Below the pieces are notes generated by a model. The model made no database searches, was not told the DNA's origin, and saw nothing but the letters and a program-made list of their open reading frames with translations. 64,000 nucleotides of DNA from Lama glama (taxonomy: Eukaryota). Both the position numbers and the translations under genes were made by a program. Positions 24,113 through 36,600 of the stretch are shown one piece after another; the stretch's first letter is position 1, and each line of letters starts with the position of its first letter. The stretch is from the NCBI GenBank assembly GCA_028534125.1, contig CM052838.1, forward strand, positions 65,968,001 to 66,032,000. The letters run 5' to 3'.

Positions 24113-27060
24113 CTTGACCATCTCCTGCAGAACGGCCAGTGCCTGCTCCTTTTCCTCCAGGAGCTGCTGCAGCTGAGGGTCCAGGTGCTGCCAGGGCTCA
24201 CCAGCTGGGCCCTGACTGAAAGGCAAACACTGGGCCCTCAGGCCAGCAGGCCAGCAGAGGCAGGGCTAGGATGGTAGGGTGTTTGAGATGGAGGCCCACC
24301 CGCCGCATGCACAGTGGCCCATCTTCTCCGGAGCCCTCTGACTCCAAAGGGTCTCTGCCCTGGAGGGTGCTGAGGGGCTCAGCAGGCCTGCAAGACACAT
24401 GGATACATCAGCTCAGAGCCTCTGGCGCCAGAAGGGCCTGGCCTGGCTGCAGCACACAGTGGGGCCTGTGGACAGGGCCGCAGGCCCCCATTTGTCCAGG
24501 GGGGCAGTCAGGGCTCTCTCTGAGCGAGGCCCTGCCCTCATGGGAGGCCTGCCCTCCCTTCAGGGGTCAGGATACTAACAGTGTGTGCAGGGGTGGTGAG
24601 TCCCACCCTGGGCCCATCAGCATCAGTGCTGGAGGGTCCTGGCTCCTGCGAAGGTTTCAAAAGTTGCACGGTAAGAGGCGGCCAAGGGGGGCTGACTCCC
24701 TGCTTGTAGCCATGCCTGCCCACGTCTCCCTGGGATGGACGAGGTTAGGGAGATGGTAAGCGGAGGATGCAGAGTGGGGAGCACTTCTGAAAAGGAGAGC
24801 AGGTGGGTCGGGCTGGGAAGGGACCCAGAACTGGGCTCGCAGGGGCACAGCCAAGGATTTTGCTGCAGTCTGGGCCCCAGGGGCTTCTTCCCCATTCATT
24901 TCCTGGTTTTACTCTCTCATGGGCAGGTAACAAGACCACGTCCAAACGCAGCGGGTTCCAAGGCTTCTGACTGCTGTCTCACGTCCAGCCAGGTCCGTGT
25001 GGTTGGGGGTGGCCTCCACCTTCTCCCTCAGGGCACACAGATGGGCTCAACGGCCCCAGGCGTGTTGGCCGCCACCTTTCGGATATCTTCCTCAGAGACT
25101 CAGACACGTAGCTTGTGGAAGACTTTCCTGCAGAGGAATCGGGGGTGCAGCCCTCAGAGCCTCTGTGGGGAGATGCTGGCCTGGGGGCCTCTGTGCCCGT
25201 CCCCATCAAGGCCCAGTGGCCATCTTGTTCCTGGCCACCCCACCAGGGATCACAGAACACAGGCGCCCAGTACCTTCAGGCCAAGCGAGTCCTAGCCTGG
25301 GCCACCACCTCCCTGACGCGTGTCCCAGGGACTCTGGGTAGAAAACTTCTCTTCCTGCCTGAGTCAGGCTCTGCTCTGTGAGGAAGTCCGGCTGATTCAC
25401 CTCCAAAGTGCAGGGGTCTGACCTCAGCACGTCTGCCTGCAGCTGCCACCCTCCCGCCTCTGGGGGTCAGAGCAGCTGCCTCCCCTGCCTCCACCTCCCC
25501 CAATCTCCTCTTCCCTGGCAGCTCTCCGAAGCGAGTCCCATCGGAACCTGCTGGGCCTGGACCCTGCCAAGCATGGTCCCCCCAGACACTGCCCTCTGAG
25601 GACCCTCAGTGGCTCTGAGTGCCCCTCTCTGCCCAGCCTCAGGGACTCAGGGTCTCCCTCCCCACCCTGTAGGTCACCCCCACCTCGCTGTGCTCACTGT
25701 CACTTCCTCACAGGTCCTGCCTTGTTGTCCTTCATGCTCCCTCACAACTGACACTGGGTCCACCTCCTGGTGGATTTGTCTTCCCCCTAGACTCACAGCT
25801 CCATGAAGGCCAGGGCCCACTTACTGCCATGTCTGCTGTGCCTGAGTAGAGTCTGCCACCCAGAGCTATGCATGAGTGAGTGGGTGGGAGCTGTGGTCAG
25901 CAGGGGCTGGACGCACAGTCAGAGGGCAGGACTGACGCCCTGGTGAGCAGGTCTCAAGCTCCTGGTGGGGCGCCCCGGAGCCCCAGGTTGATGGTGAAGT
26001 TCCAGTGAACAGGAACTGGACGAAGAGTCAGGGGAACCCACAGCAGAGGAGCAACCTGAGAACTTGTCCCAGAGGCTGGGAAGGGCTCGGGGAGGCTGCC
26101 CCAGGCCAGCCTTGAGGGGAAGGGGCCCCAGCGCGAGAAGTGGGGGCCCCCGCGGAAAAGGCAGGGAGCACAAAGCCTGCACGGCTCTGCGGGCAGCAGT
26201 CCGCCGGGCCCAGCCCTGCCTGCTGAGGACGCTCCAGCTGCTGAGCTTCTGGTCTGCGCTGCAGGTGGGGAAGTAGCTGTGCGGGTCCACGAGCCTATCC
26301 GGGGGTGGGGGGTGGAGGTGGGTGGCGGAAGAGCTTCACGATCCACGCCAGCATCGCTGGGGTGGAGCCGGCAGGGGCGCAGGTGAGCGGGGCCTGCGGA
26401 GCTAGGGCTCCTTGGCTTCCTCACAGGGGCGGATGAGCACCAGAGGAGTCCTGGGGACGACTGCTGGGGTGTGGGAGTCCCGGGGGCGACTGCTGGGGTG
26501 TGGGAGTCCCGGGGAGAGGGCTGTGCAGCTGCCGCCCCCCTCCCCCGTCTGCTGGAGGCCGGAACCCCGTGACGAGTTAGACGCACAACCGGCCCCTGGC
26601 CTTGGCCGCACTCCTCCTGGGGGGCCGTCAAGGCAGCACCCCACCTTTGCCCCACCCCGTTTCCCCGTCCTGCCCGCCCTCCAGGGCGCCCCGCACGCCC
26701 CCGCTCTGGGGTCTTCTGAACTTTGCATGGAGCTCGGGGAGGGGAGATCCTTCCCGGGGCACGGCCCTCGCCCGGGGCTCTCGCTGGCGGGAGGGATGGC
26801 GGCCGGGCTCCTCCCCTGAGCGGAGAGCGCCGGGACCCGGCGGCGGCCCTGCCCCCGCGGCGGGCCCCCGGCCCCCGGCCCGGCTGAAGTCCCGGGCCAG
26901 GTGGCGCTTGCGACGGCGGAGCGGGAGCGCGTCCAGCCAGGCGTAGAGGCCGCAGAGGGCGCCGGGCGGCCACGGCGGCGGGGCCAGGGGGCTCCCTGGC
27001 CGCTCGTCAGGCCGTTGCCGGGAGACGGGCCGGAAGGGCGGGGCCGTTGCCGGGAGACCG
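24113..27060 (-). pseudogene. SPEF1L: SPEF1-like (sperm flagellar 1-like; CH domain plus coiled coil) multi-exon pseudogene
   Basis: Exon remnants: 26957-26883 LCGLYAWLDALPLRRRKRHLARDFS; 26356-26220 MLAWIVKLF..RLVDPHSYFPTCSADQKLSSWSVLSR; 25127-~24983 KVFHKLRV*VSEEDIRKVAANTPGAVEPI/CALREKVEA; 24211-24113 GPAGEPWQHLDPQLQQLLEEKEQALAVLQEMVK. All match SPEF1-family motifs. Premature stops, frameshifts, a missing donor and no in-frame ATG. Confidence 0.85.
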
Positions 27061-27130
27061 GGGCGGGGCGCCGGCTGCCCTCCTCCGCGCCGGAGGGCCT
27101 GGCTGTTTACTTCGGGTTCGCGAGGGCTTA
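26080..27130. promoter_or_regulatory. CpG island over the SPEF1-like 5' end with two X-box-like motifs
   Basis: Dense CpG; GTTGCCGGGAGAC at 27014-27026 and 27046-27058; CCGGAAG and GC boxes. Confidence 0.65.
26445..26515. repeat. 29-bp tandem repeat x2.4
   Basis: GGAGTCCTGGGGACGACTGCTGGGGTGTG / GGAGTCCCGGGGGCGACTGCTGGGGTGTG / GGAGTCCCGGGGA. Confidence 0.9.
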
Positions 27131-27165
27131 CGATCAAGTTAAGAAAAGCAGGAGGAAAGTTTGAC

Positions 27166-27193
27166 TTTATTCATTTACAGTAGACGTTTTATT
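27166..27193 (-). terminator. ADAM8 polyadenylation signals (two AATAAA)
   Basis: TTTATT on + at 27188-27193 and 27166-27171, about 500 nt after the ADAM8 stop, within an AT-rich 3' UTR end. Confidence 0.7.
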
Positions 27194-27684
27194 TTAATAA
27201 GCGTTAGACCCTTCAATCTTATAAACTCCACATTGTTTCGCCGCACCATTTTTCACTGATCTAGTAAAAATCTCCCCTCATTTAGAACTTGATCAAGAAC
27301 TTAATCATAAAATACAAAAAAATTCAACGCTTTCAGCCCTGCTGAATGTGCACCTGAGGTTTCAAAGACCCAGACAAGACCCCAGTGGCTGTCTGGAGAC
27401 ACGTGGGTGAGGAGGGACTGGACTGACCCCAGGAAAGAGCATAGGTGACCCATTCCCGAGGCCAGGGGGAGAGGCCCTTGGCTGTGACCCTGGGATGCCG
27501 AAGAGTGACCCCGGCCACGAGGAGATGGCGCTTCTCTTAGGACTTCTCACAGTGGGCGCAAGAGCACAGAGAGCCTGGGGCCAGGGGGCTGCATCTGCCC
27601 TGCGGGTGGCAAGGTCCCGTGAACCACAGGCAACGTCCGGACTGGTACACAGATGCCCCCAGGGTGCTTTGAGCTTGGGCCCCA

Positions 27685-30600
27685 TCACCTCCTCTGGATG
27701 AGGGGTTTCAGAGCAACCTTTGGGCCAACAGCTCCCTTGGAGGAGGAAAAAAGAACTGATTTTAAAACCCACTTGCTACAAAGAGCCCAACTGAATCGAA
27801 CTTCCTTTCACTTTTTAAAAAATTCAGATCCTCAGTTCATCCCACACTGTGTGCACTCAGTGAGAGCTGTGATAGCCGTGATATTAGCAGCTGACACTTT
27901 ATAAAGAGTGGACCCCCCCCCCACTCCAGTGGAGCAAAAAGGCAAGTTCACAGCCAGTAGGACCAGCATCACTGACAGAAGGCAGCAGAGTTAACCCTCT
28001 TGGGCAGCGCAGGTGGACACTGCCCTGTGTGAAAGGCGCTCACCTGACTGGGTCCAAGCTTGGCCTCCCCCGCCCCAGGCTTGACGGGTGGCAACGGGGG
28101 CGTGCAAGTTGGCTTGACGACCTGGGAGGAGGTAGACACAGCTGATGGCCGGACATGCCAGGGCACCATCTTCCCAGCATCTTCTAGAAAGTTCCCTGGG
28201 TTCCCTGCTCTGCTCCTGACTGGCCTTCAGGCTTCTCTTTGCTAAGCCCGCTAAAGAAAAGCTCCCCCAACACCCTTCCCACCCATGGCTGTCCCCATCC
28301 CAGAACGAAACCCAAATGTGGCAGGGCTCCCGTTCCCGGGCCCATCAGCCCGTCACCAGCTGGCCCTCTTCCCTCATCTCGCCTCAAAACCCCTATCCAC
28401 CCCACGCAGTAAAGCTCTTAAGTTGCCAGAATGTGAGTCTTTGGAGTTCAAATTCGCATTTGTTTGCACTTCTGCTTTTCCAGAGCCACCTAGGCTCTGG
28501 GCTCCAGGGTGCAGGAGGAAGGCCTCAAGCTGCAGCCCAGCTCAGCCCAGGCCCACAGGAACCGGAACGGGAATGGAGGGAGGCCCACATACTCAGAATG
28601 GCCTGCTGAGCAGCTGGGGGAAGTCCTGTGCACGCCCTCCTCCAGCACAATCCGGGCGCACGGCTGCCACCAGAAATCTCTACCCACTCCCCCTCCCTGT
28701 TTGGCCTGTCAAGACCCCTTCTAAGACTTTTCTTAAAGACTATTTTTGTAACTTTAATGTAAGTCTAAAATTACTTCAAAGTAAAAAGTTAAAAAGGAAA
28801 GAGAAGTAGAGAATTTCTGTTAAGCAAACACCATAGTGTGGTCTTTTAATGGGGCAGGACCCCGCCGGAGGCTTCGTGGGTCAGTCTAAGGAGTGACAGG
28901 CTGGGCGTCTCTCTAAGTATGTCCAAGACACTAACCACAAAGGGAAGACGGGCCCTACAGTGATTTGATTCCCCACAGACACCACTGCAACCAAGCAGTG
29001 ACTTAACACCCCTGTGAGGACAGACTGACATGGGGCCCCACAGAGCGCCAGGTGGGCAGAGCCCTGTCCCAGGAGGGGGGCACTACCTGTTCCTCTGGGG
29101 GGCCTTCCTGCCCCCGCAGTCTTCCCCCCTCGCCTGCCAGGAGGTGAGTGTGTCTGTCCAGAGGCACCCGAGGGGCTCCCAGCCATGGAGGGGACCCTCC
29201 AGGGCCAGACTTTGTGAGAGTGCAAGGGGCATCCCCGGCGAGCCCAGTGGCGGAGGGCTGGCGGGGGGGCACCAGTGACGCGTATCTGGGAGAGAGCTTC
29301 CCCGAACCCCTGAAGCCTCAAACCAGAGGAAGCCTGATGATGAGCCCCCATAAGCCCCGCGTCCCAAAGGCCAAGTCCCCTTACCTGTTTGGGCTTCAGC
29401 GCTGGCAGGGGCTTGGCGGGAGGAGCAGGTCTGGGCTGGTGGGAGAGCAGAGCAGTCAGGACCCCCCGGTCCCCTAGGTCCAGTTCACGTCCTCACTGGG
29501 CCACAGGGCAGGTGGTCAGCCCCCGAGGGTGCAGCTGCCACTACCCTGGGGTCCCTGGCGAAATCCAGCCCCAGCCCCTCCACCTCCACAGCTTAGCTGT
29601 ACCCACATGGCTCACCTGGTCTGGGGCCTGCTGGGTGTACACAGGGACTGGGCAGAGTGGGCTGGACATGGCAGCTGGGCGCTGCAGGGAATGGGCATGA
29701 GCAGTGGTCTCACAGGGCGGCCACCAGCAGGGACCCCTGGCTTCAGAGCTGCCCTTCGCCCAGCTAAGGACCCCCCCCGAGGGAGAATAAAGCCCCATGT
29801 GCGCGTGGGGCCATGTCCTCCATCAGTCTGCTGTGGGCCTGCCCCCCAGACCTGTGGACGCACGGAGGAACTGGGCAGCAGTGAGGATGACGGATCTCGC
29901 AGAGGCCTTGGGCCTCAGATTCAATCCTGCCACCAGCTCACATGGGTCCTCAGATGGCTCATTCTGAAGCCTTGTTTCTCCTCTAAATAGGTGACAGTGG
30001 TGGCCACTCTAAGCCCCTGGGGACCGTACCCTGGCATGAGATTTGGGGGAGGCCTGGGGGGCCCGCTGGGGATGGCAGATGCTTACAGCAGGGGGAGGCC
30101 GTTTAGGGGTCACCACAGAGGCCGTGGGCCTGGGGGGTTGGCAGGGACGGGACGTGAGGATCGGTTCTGGGGGCCCCTTGGGGGGAGCTGTAACCCTGCC
30201 CTTCACTGGTGAGCTGTTCCTCTCATGGAAGAGAGGGTTGGAGAGCCCCACAGCCGTCTTGGGCGCCACATTCCTGGTGAGAAATAAGGTGAGTCAGTGC
30301 GTCCTGGCCTCAGGATTCAGTCCAGGACTTGGGGCTCCTCATGTAGGGTCCCCAGGCCTGGTCAGGGTCCTTTTCAGCTGCAGCTGCCCCTATGTGGTGC
30401 GCTGGTCACAGCCACTCGAGGAGGGGGAGGTAGCCTCATGTGTCCTGGGCCCCATCGGTTCTAGGGTCCAGTTGAGCTGGGCGGGAGGTGCTTGGAGGCC
30501 ACTGGGCAAGGGTGCCCTGCTGTGGCTGGCCTGGGGCTCGAGGTCCCCACAGAGCGGGTGTCAGGGACCCCCAGTGCAGGGAAGGCTCAGAGTGCCGTGT

Positions 30601-33600
30601 CCAAGGACGGCGGGTGGCCGGTGCCAACTGGGGTCAAGTGTGTGGGGGAGGAAAGGGCTTCTCTGAGCTTGCACATCACCAACCTGTCACCACTGCTTAC
30701 CACCTATTCAGCGAGAGGCAGGGGTCCCTCGTGAGAGGTTCCCTTCTCCAACAGTGCGAACAGGGGGCACGCTCTGCACACATGGGTGCCTTGCAACCCC
30801 AGAAAGCCCTCACCTCTTCCAGACTGGGCTCCAGCCCTTGCGATAGATGACCACTCCTGCCACGGTGAGTGCCAGAACCACCAGGAGCACCACAGGAACC
30901 AGCACGCCCATCTGGAAGCTGCTGGATGCTGTGGGGGCATAGGAGGCTGGGTGTCACCAGGGCCGGACCTGGCTCGGGGCAGCAGGGGCCCCAGGGGGTG
31001 CCTTCCTCACGCCCCTCCTTGGCCATGCCGACAACCCGGAGCCCTGGGTCCTCCCCTAAATCCCAGGGCCATCTAAGGACCCTTGGCCTTGAGACCCAGT
31101 GCATTGCACTGGTGCTCTGGGCTCTCCGATGACCGGTCGGAGGGCTTGGCAGTGGATGGCCCCAGGCCCACAGTGATATGGGTGGAGCCCAACCAGGTCT
31201 AGAGGCCGTGGTGCTATGGATGGCCACATGTCCAGTGGCCACTGCGGAGGAAGATACTTCAGAGGGTGGGGGGCCCTGAGGTCCCCGGGCCCAGGCTGGG
31301 GCCGACAGTCCCGCCAGAAGCTGGCGCTATCCTGTGCTGCTCCTGCTCCGCTCCACCCAGGCCGGCCCCCCGTCTCAGTAGGGCTGAGGTGGGGGCACAG
31401 GCTCCTGGGCCCTGCCCTGGACCCCAGGGGTCAGAATGTCTGGGGCTGCAAAGCCACGTCTTCAATATGCTGCTCACAGTTTAGGGGCACCTGGCTTGCC
31501 TCTCAGCCCTGCCCCAGTGGTCTGAGAAAAGACAGAACCCTGACCAGACCCCGGAGGTGGCGCGGGCCCTACCTGTGCGCACATCGGACAGCAGCTCTGC
31601 GCAGTAGGGTGGGGCCCAGCCAGGGTGGCAGTGGCACTGGTCCTTGTGATTGCACACCTGGGGGACAACCAGGCATCAGGGTCTCCAGACCCCCGCCACT
31701 GCACCGCCTGGTGCCCACCCAGGTGCCATCTACTCCCGAGTCAGCAGGCCCGGCCTCAGCCTGCAAGGGGCTCTGCCCCGGCTTCCGCTGATGGAGGACG
31801 GGCTGGGCGTCCAGGGCTGCCACCATCAACCCACAGCAGCCCCTCCCCTGGGTGATGGAGGAGGGCTCCGATCGACAAGGCTTTCTGAGCAAAGCAGGAC
31901 GCCGCAGGGCAGGCAGGGCAGCTTTGTGGTGGGCCGTCCTCCCCGAGACGGGGGCACAGAGGGCCCTGCCCTGGGGCTCTGACCTCCCCTACATCACAGT
32001 ACATGTTATTAGGAGCTCAGAACAGAACACTTCCAATCTGACCAGCCTGGCCTGTGTGTTCTCCAGCACTGTGAGCACCCTGGGATGCCCAGATCCACGC
32101 CAGTTCCAGGCCTGAGAGGCCCCCGTGGGCTCCTGGCACAGTCCCCGGGCGCGGGCCTCTGCCCTGTTTGCCTGGGCTGCCCCGAGCACAGCCTACACAT
32201 CTTTGAGTCCAAAGGGTTGGTGGCAGGCCGTCCCCTGGGCCCACGTACCCCGTGGTTGCTGCACCGGGCAGAGCAGTTTCTGGATCTGTAAACGTGAAAG
32301 TCCCGGCAGAGTCCTTTCCAGCAAACCTGGGGGGCAGCGGGGAACTCTTAGGTAGCCAGTCTAGAACCTGCTTGGGGAACTGCCCCCCCATCAGTCGAAG
32401 CCCACCTGAAACCTGCAGCTGTGCTTCGGACAGGGAGGGGTGTGCCACGGCCCCACACCCAGGACAGCCCCATCTGCAGCCCAGCCTAGGCCCCCAAGGC
32501 CACAGAGGAGCGCCCCACCCGTCCCCGGGGAACTTGCAGAACAGACAGCCTTCAAATCCCTCAGCTGAGAAGGGGCTACTCCCCCAACGCTGAGAGCCTC
32601 CCGAGTTTCTACCCAGAACAGAGGCTACTGCACAGCCCTCCTCCCGCCAGGCTTTGGGCCCCTCGAGCTAATCCTGGGGACCCAGCAGTCTGACCGCAGG
32701 CTGCATCCAGCCCTACCTTCTCCTCCCCGCACCTGGCGCCTTCAGGCACCGGCTCGTAGGCAGTGCTGTCGTCCTGGCGCAGAGCCTGGCAGGCGCCCAT
32801 GCGGGAGTAGATGGTGCAGGAACCTCGCTCCAGGGGCTTCTGCCCGCCCTCGCAGAGCAGAGTGCCGCACATGTTGACCCTGAGGGCAGAGGGGTGTGCC
32901 AGGAGCCAAGTCCACAGCGTCTCCTGCTGAGGGGACTAGGAGCCGTAGGCAAGGCCTAGGACCCTCGGATGGGCTTTGGGGTCCACCCACAGGTGTTCAC
33001 ACCCCCAGCCACAGTGACCCACCCTCCCACAAGGGCAGCAGGCCCGGGGGTCCTAGAAGGCAGGGCAGGCCCTGGGAGGTCCCCTGACTCAGCCTGCAGA
33101 CTCCTTGGTGGCCCCACCTATGGGGACATCCCACACCCTGGGCCCAGGGGAGCCAGGTCACAGATGGACTATTACCTGTCAGAGCCCAGGGGGATCCCGC
33201 TGCTGCAGCCTGAGGAGATGCTGTGGGTGTAGCACATCTCCGCGGCAACCTGAGTGCCTGTGGGGCCAGGAGCAGTGAGTCCTCCAGCTCAGGACTGGCA
33301 GCCACCTGGCAGGCCAGCAGGTCCCACACCCAGGGCTCCTGCCCGCCTCACCTGGCCCCCACAGGTCCCGGCAACTCTGGGCCAGTGTGGGGCACTTCCC
33401 GTTGTAGCAGTAGCCCCCAGGGCAGGGCGTGCCATTCTCCTGGAAGGCGTCCTCCGGACAGGCTGGCTGCTGGCCGTCACAGTACTCCCCGAGGTCACAT
33501 AAGTCCTTCTCGGGGCGGCAGGGCTCTCCAGCTGGCTTCACCTGGTCCAGCAGAGCAAAGCTCACCATGGGAATAGAGGACCCCAGCACCCACGCCTGCC

Positions 33601-36600
33601 CTGCGCCGTGTCACCAGCACCCCCGGGCCCGTGCTCACCCTGCACTCATGGCAGCAGGCGCCGTGGGCACACTCGGCCCCCTCGGCCAGCAGGCAGGTGG
33701 TGGCATTGCAGCAGTGGTTCTGGCAGTCCTAGGGGCAGGCGCAGGGGCAGCGGTCTGAGCCGACCCAGGGCCCCTCCCCCGGGAGGTCCGCTCACTCCCA
33801 CCCGTGACCCCTGCCAGTCCGGTCAGTGCCAGGGAGCAGCAGGTGCGGCTGTGGGCGTGCAGGGCACCTGGGAGGTCAGGAGTGGACGCCCTGACCTGGG
33901 GATGGGGACCCCGCACCCCTACGCTGGTGGAGAGCAGAGGGCAGCGGGATGCTCGGCCCTGTACCTGGGGCGAGCCACAGTCGCACTGCTCCCCGTGCTC
34001 CACAAACCGGTTCCCACACACAGGGCCGCCCACCAGCCGGCTGAGGTCCGGGGGGTTCACCAGGCAGGCCGTCCTCGGCTTCTCCACAAACGTCTCCAGG
34101 TCGGTCTGGCTGCACTGGCTGAACTTTCTGGGGAACTTGGAGCTAAGGGGAGGGCATCCCTGTCATGGTGGTGGGCAGGCCGCCAGCCCCCAGGGTGCCC
34201 CCAGGGTGGATGGGGCCGGGCCTCACCCAATGCTGGCCGCCATGATGCAGCCACCGTCGGACCGTGGCACGGGGCAGTAGCAGCCCTGCACATTCTCATC
34301 GTGGTCCATGCCCAGGTTGTGGCCCATCTCGTGGGCCATGGTGCTCGCCACGCCAATGGGGTTCGGGCTGTGGTCCTGCAGGCAGGGCTGTGCTGGCTGG
34401 GGCCGTTCACATGGCCCGTCCACCCTCCCGCCCTGGCTGCCCCAAGCAGGCTGAGGGCCTTGGTGGCACTTCCTGCCAACATCACTTCTTAAAACGTAAA
34501 AGCATCAGTGCCTCTTCCAAAAGAGGAAGCTGCTCAGGTGTCCAGACAATAGCGTGGGGGGACGAGCAGGTGGACCTGAGTCCTGAGGTCCCCCTCATAC
34601 ATCCGAGCTCCAGCTCTTGAGCCCTGCTCCCCACCCAGCGGCCAGCTCCAGCCTTTTTCCAGCAAAACCTAGGCCGGATCTCCACACCTGGTTCACAGCC
34701 CCCGAGCCCTGGAAGCACATGGCGGACACCTTGGCCAGTCCCACGGTGGTCCCGGTGAAGTCAATCCCTCTGGAAACGAGAGCAGTGTCTGCATGTGGAC
34801 ACCCCGGGACCACCCTGGTGCCGCTCTCCCAGCCCCATGTGTGGTCCTCTGCCCCCGCTCACGTGATGAGCTGCGCGTTGTCGTGGGGGCGGCGCCCTGC
34901 CAGTTCCCGAGCCTGCCAGGCCAGGAAGTTCTCCAGGGTGGCGTTGGCCTGGGAGCTGATGTGAATCTTGTCCCCACTGTTCCAGATCTCCAGGCCCACC
35001 AGCACCACACGGAAATTCAGTTCTTGATAAAGCTGGGAGAACAGGGGTCCCGAGGGTCAGGTTCAAGATGGTTAGGCCGGTGAGAGGGCCGGCGCCCCTC
35101 AGGCAGTGTCCATGCGATGGACTTGTCACCAGTACAGGGCCAAGTCCCAGCTCCCTCCTCTCCTGGCTCTACCTGCTGCCAGGCCCATCACAGCCAGCCC
35201 CTCCTCTCCTCTTCAGGTGCCGTCAAACCTCCACAATCAGGGTTTCTGTTGGGCTGGAGTCTGCCTGGTCCGGAATGGACCCGGATGTCCTGGAAGTCCC
35301 TGCTGGGAGGACCCCTAGCAGCCCCTAGAGGAGAACCCCCACCCCGGCAGAAGTGGCCCCTACCTTGTCCACGTGGTTCACCACCTCCAGCACCCGCCTG
35401 CGCACGGCTTCTCTGCTCCCCAGCTGTTGGAACTGGGGGACAGCGGACCCTCAGGTTACAGCCCGTCAGCCGTCTGGGTCCTGCCCCCTGTGCCCACCCC
35501 ACATACCTCTGTGCTGTCCGTGACCACGTACAGCTCCACGTAGCGGGTCTCTCGGGATAGTGGCCAGTTCTGAGGGGCAGTGGCAGGAAGCCGGTCAGCC
35601 ACAGCCACAGCCCTGCTGTCCTTAGACAGCCTTCACACACTGACCCCACACAGTGCTCGGGGAAGCCAGGACTGGGCCCACCCCAGTACAGGGCAGCAGG
35701 CAGCACCCCCACTTCGTTGAGCACACAGGAGTCTGGGGGCTGCAGGGGCCCAAGTGGATGGGGATGAAGTGAGTCAGGTCCCCCTCACCCGGGGCCTGAA
35801 GGCTGCCGAGATCCGCGGCCCCAAGGCGCTCTGCAGGCTGCTGTCGCTGACCCCACAGGTGCCAGCCTTCTGCCGCAGATGCCTTGCCTGGTACAGCGCG
35901 TGCTGCTCCTCCTCCCCGCCCACTTCCAGGGGCTCAATCAGGTGGAAAGCGGAGCCGGCCTGGAAGAAGCCCCTGGCAGAGGGAGCAGGTGGCTTGGGGT
36001 TAGTCAGTCCCCTGCCTGCCCCTCCAGGGAGGCACAGGCGGCCCTGGCCAGCGACATGCAGCAGGACAGTGCCTTCAGGGCCCTGCGGGGGCCTGTGACA
36101 TCTAACTGGGGCCCCGACACCCCAGTGCAGCAGGTGTCCCCAGGTCCCCCCTCTCTTCTGGGCCTCGGTTCACCTCCCTGGAGACGGAGGAGTGCGTCGG
36201 GCCCTGACACTGACATGCCTGGCCCAGGGCTGCAGCACCCACCTGAGACCAGCACAGGTGCTGAGGCTGGCGGCGGAGTGCTGGTACCCCTCCACGTGGC
36301 CCTGGTAGAAGCAGTGATCCTGCAGGAGGAGGGCATGAAGACCCTGCTCTAGTGCCCCAACTCCCAGCACCCCCACTGCCAGCCTGGAGAGGGCCACCCT
36401 GGGGCCCATACCTGCCTCTGCAGCTGCTCGGTCACCTGGGAGCCATTGTCAGCCACGTAGGTCTCCATGTAGCCTGAGCCCACCAGGTCCCTGGAAAAGA
36501 GCCCCTGTGGCACTCTGGGCCCCACTTGATTTCCCCTAGAAGCCACCTCTGGTGTGGAGGGGCTGGGCCAGGGGGGCAGGACGCCTGGGACACAGGAGTG

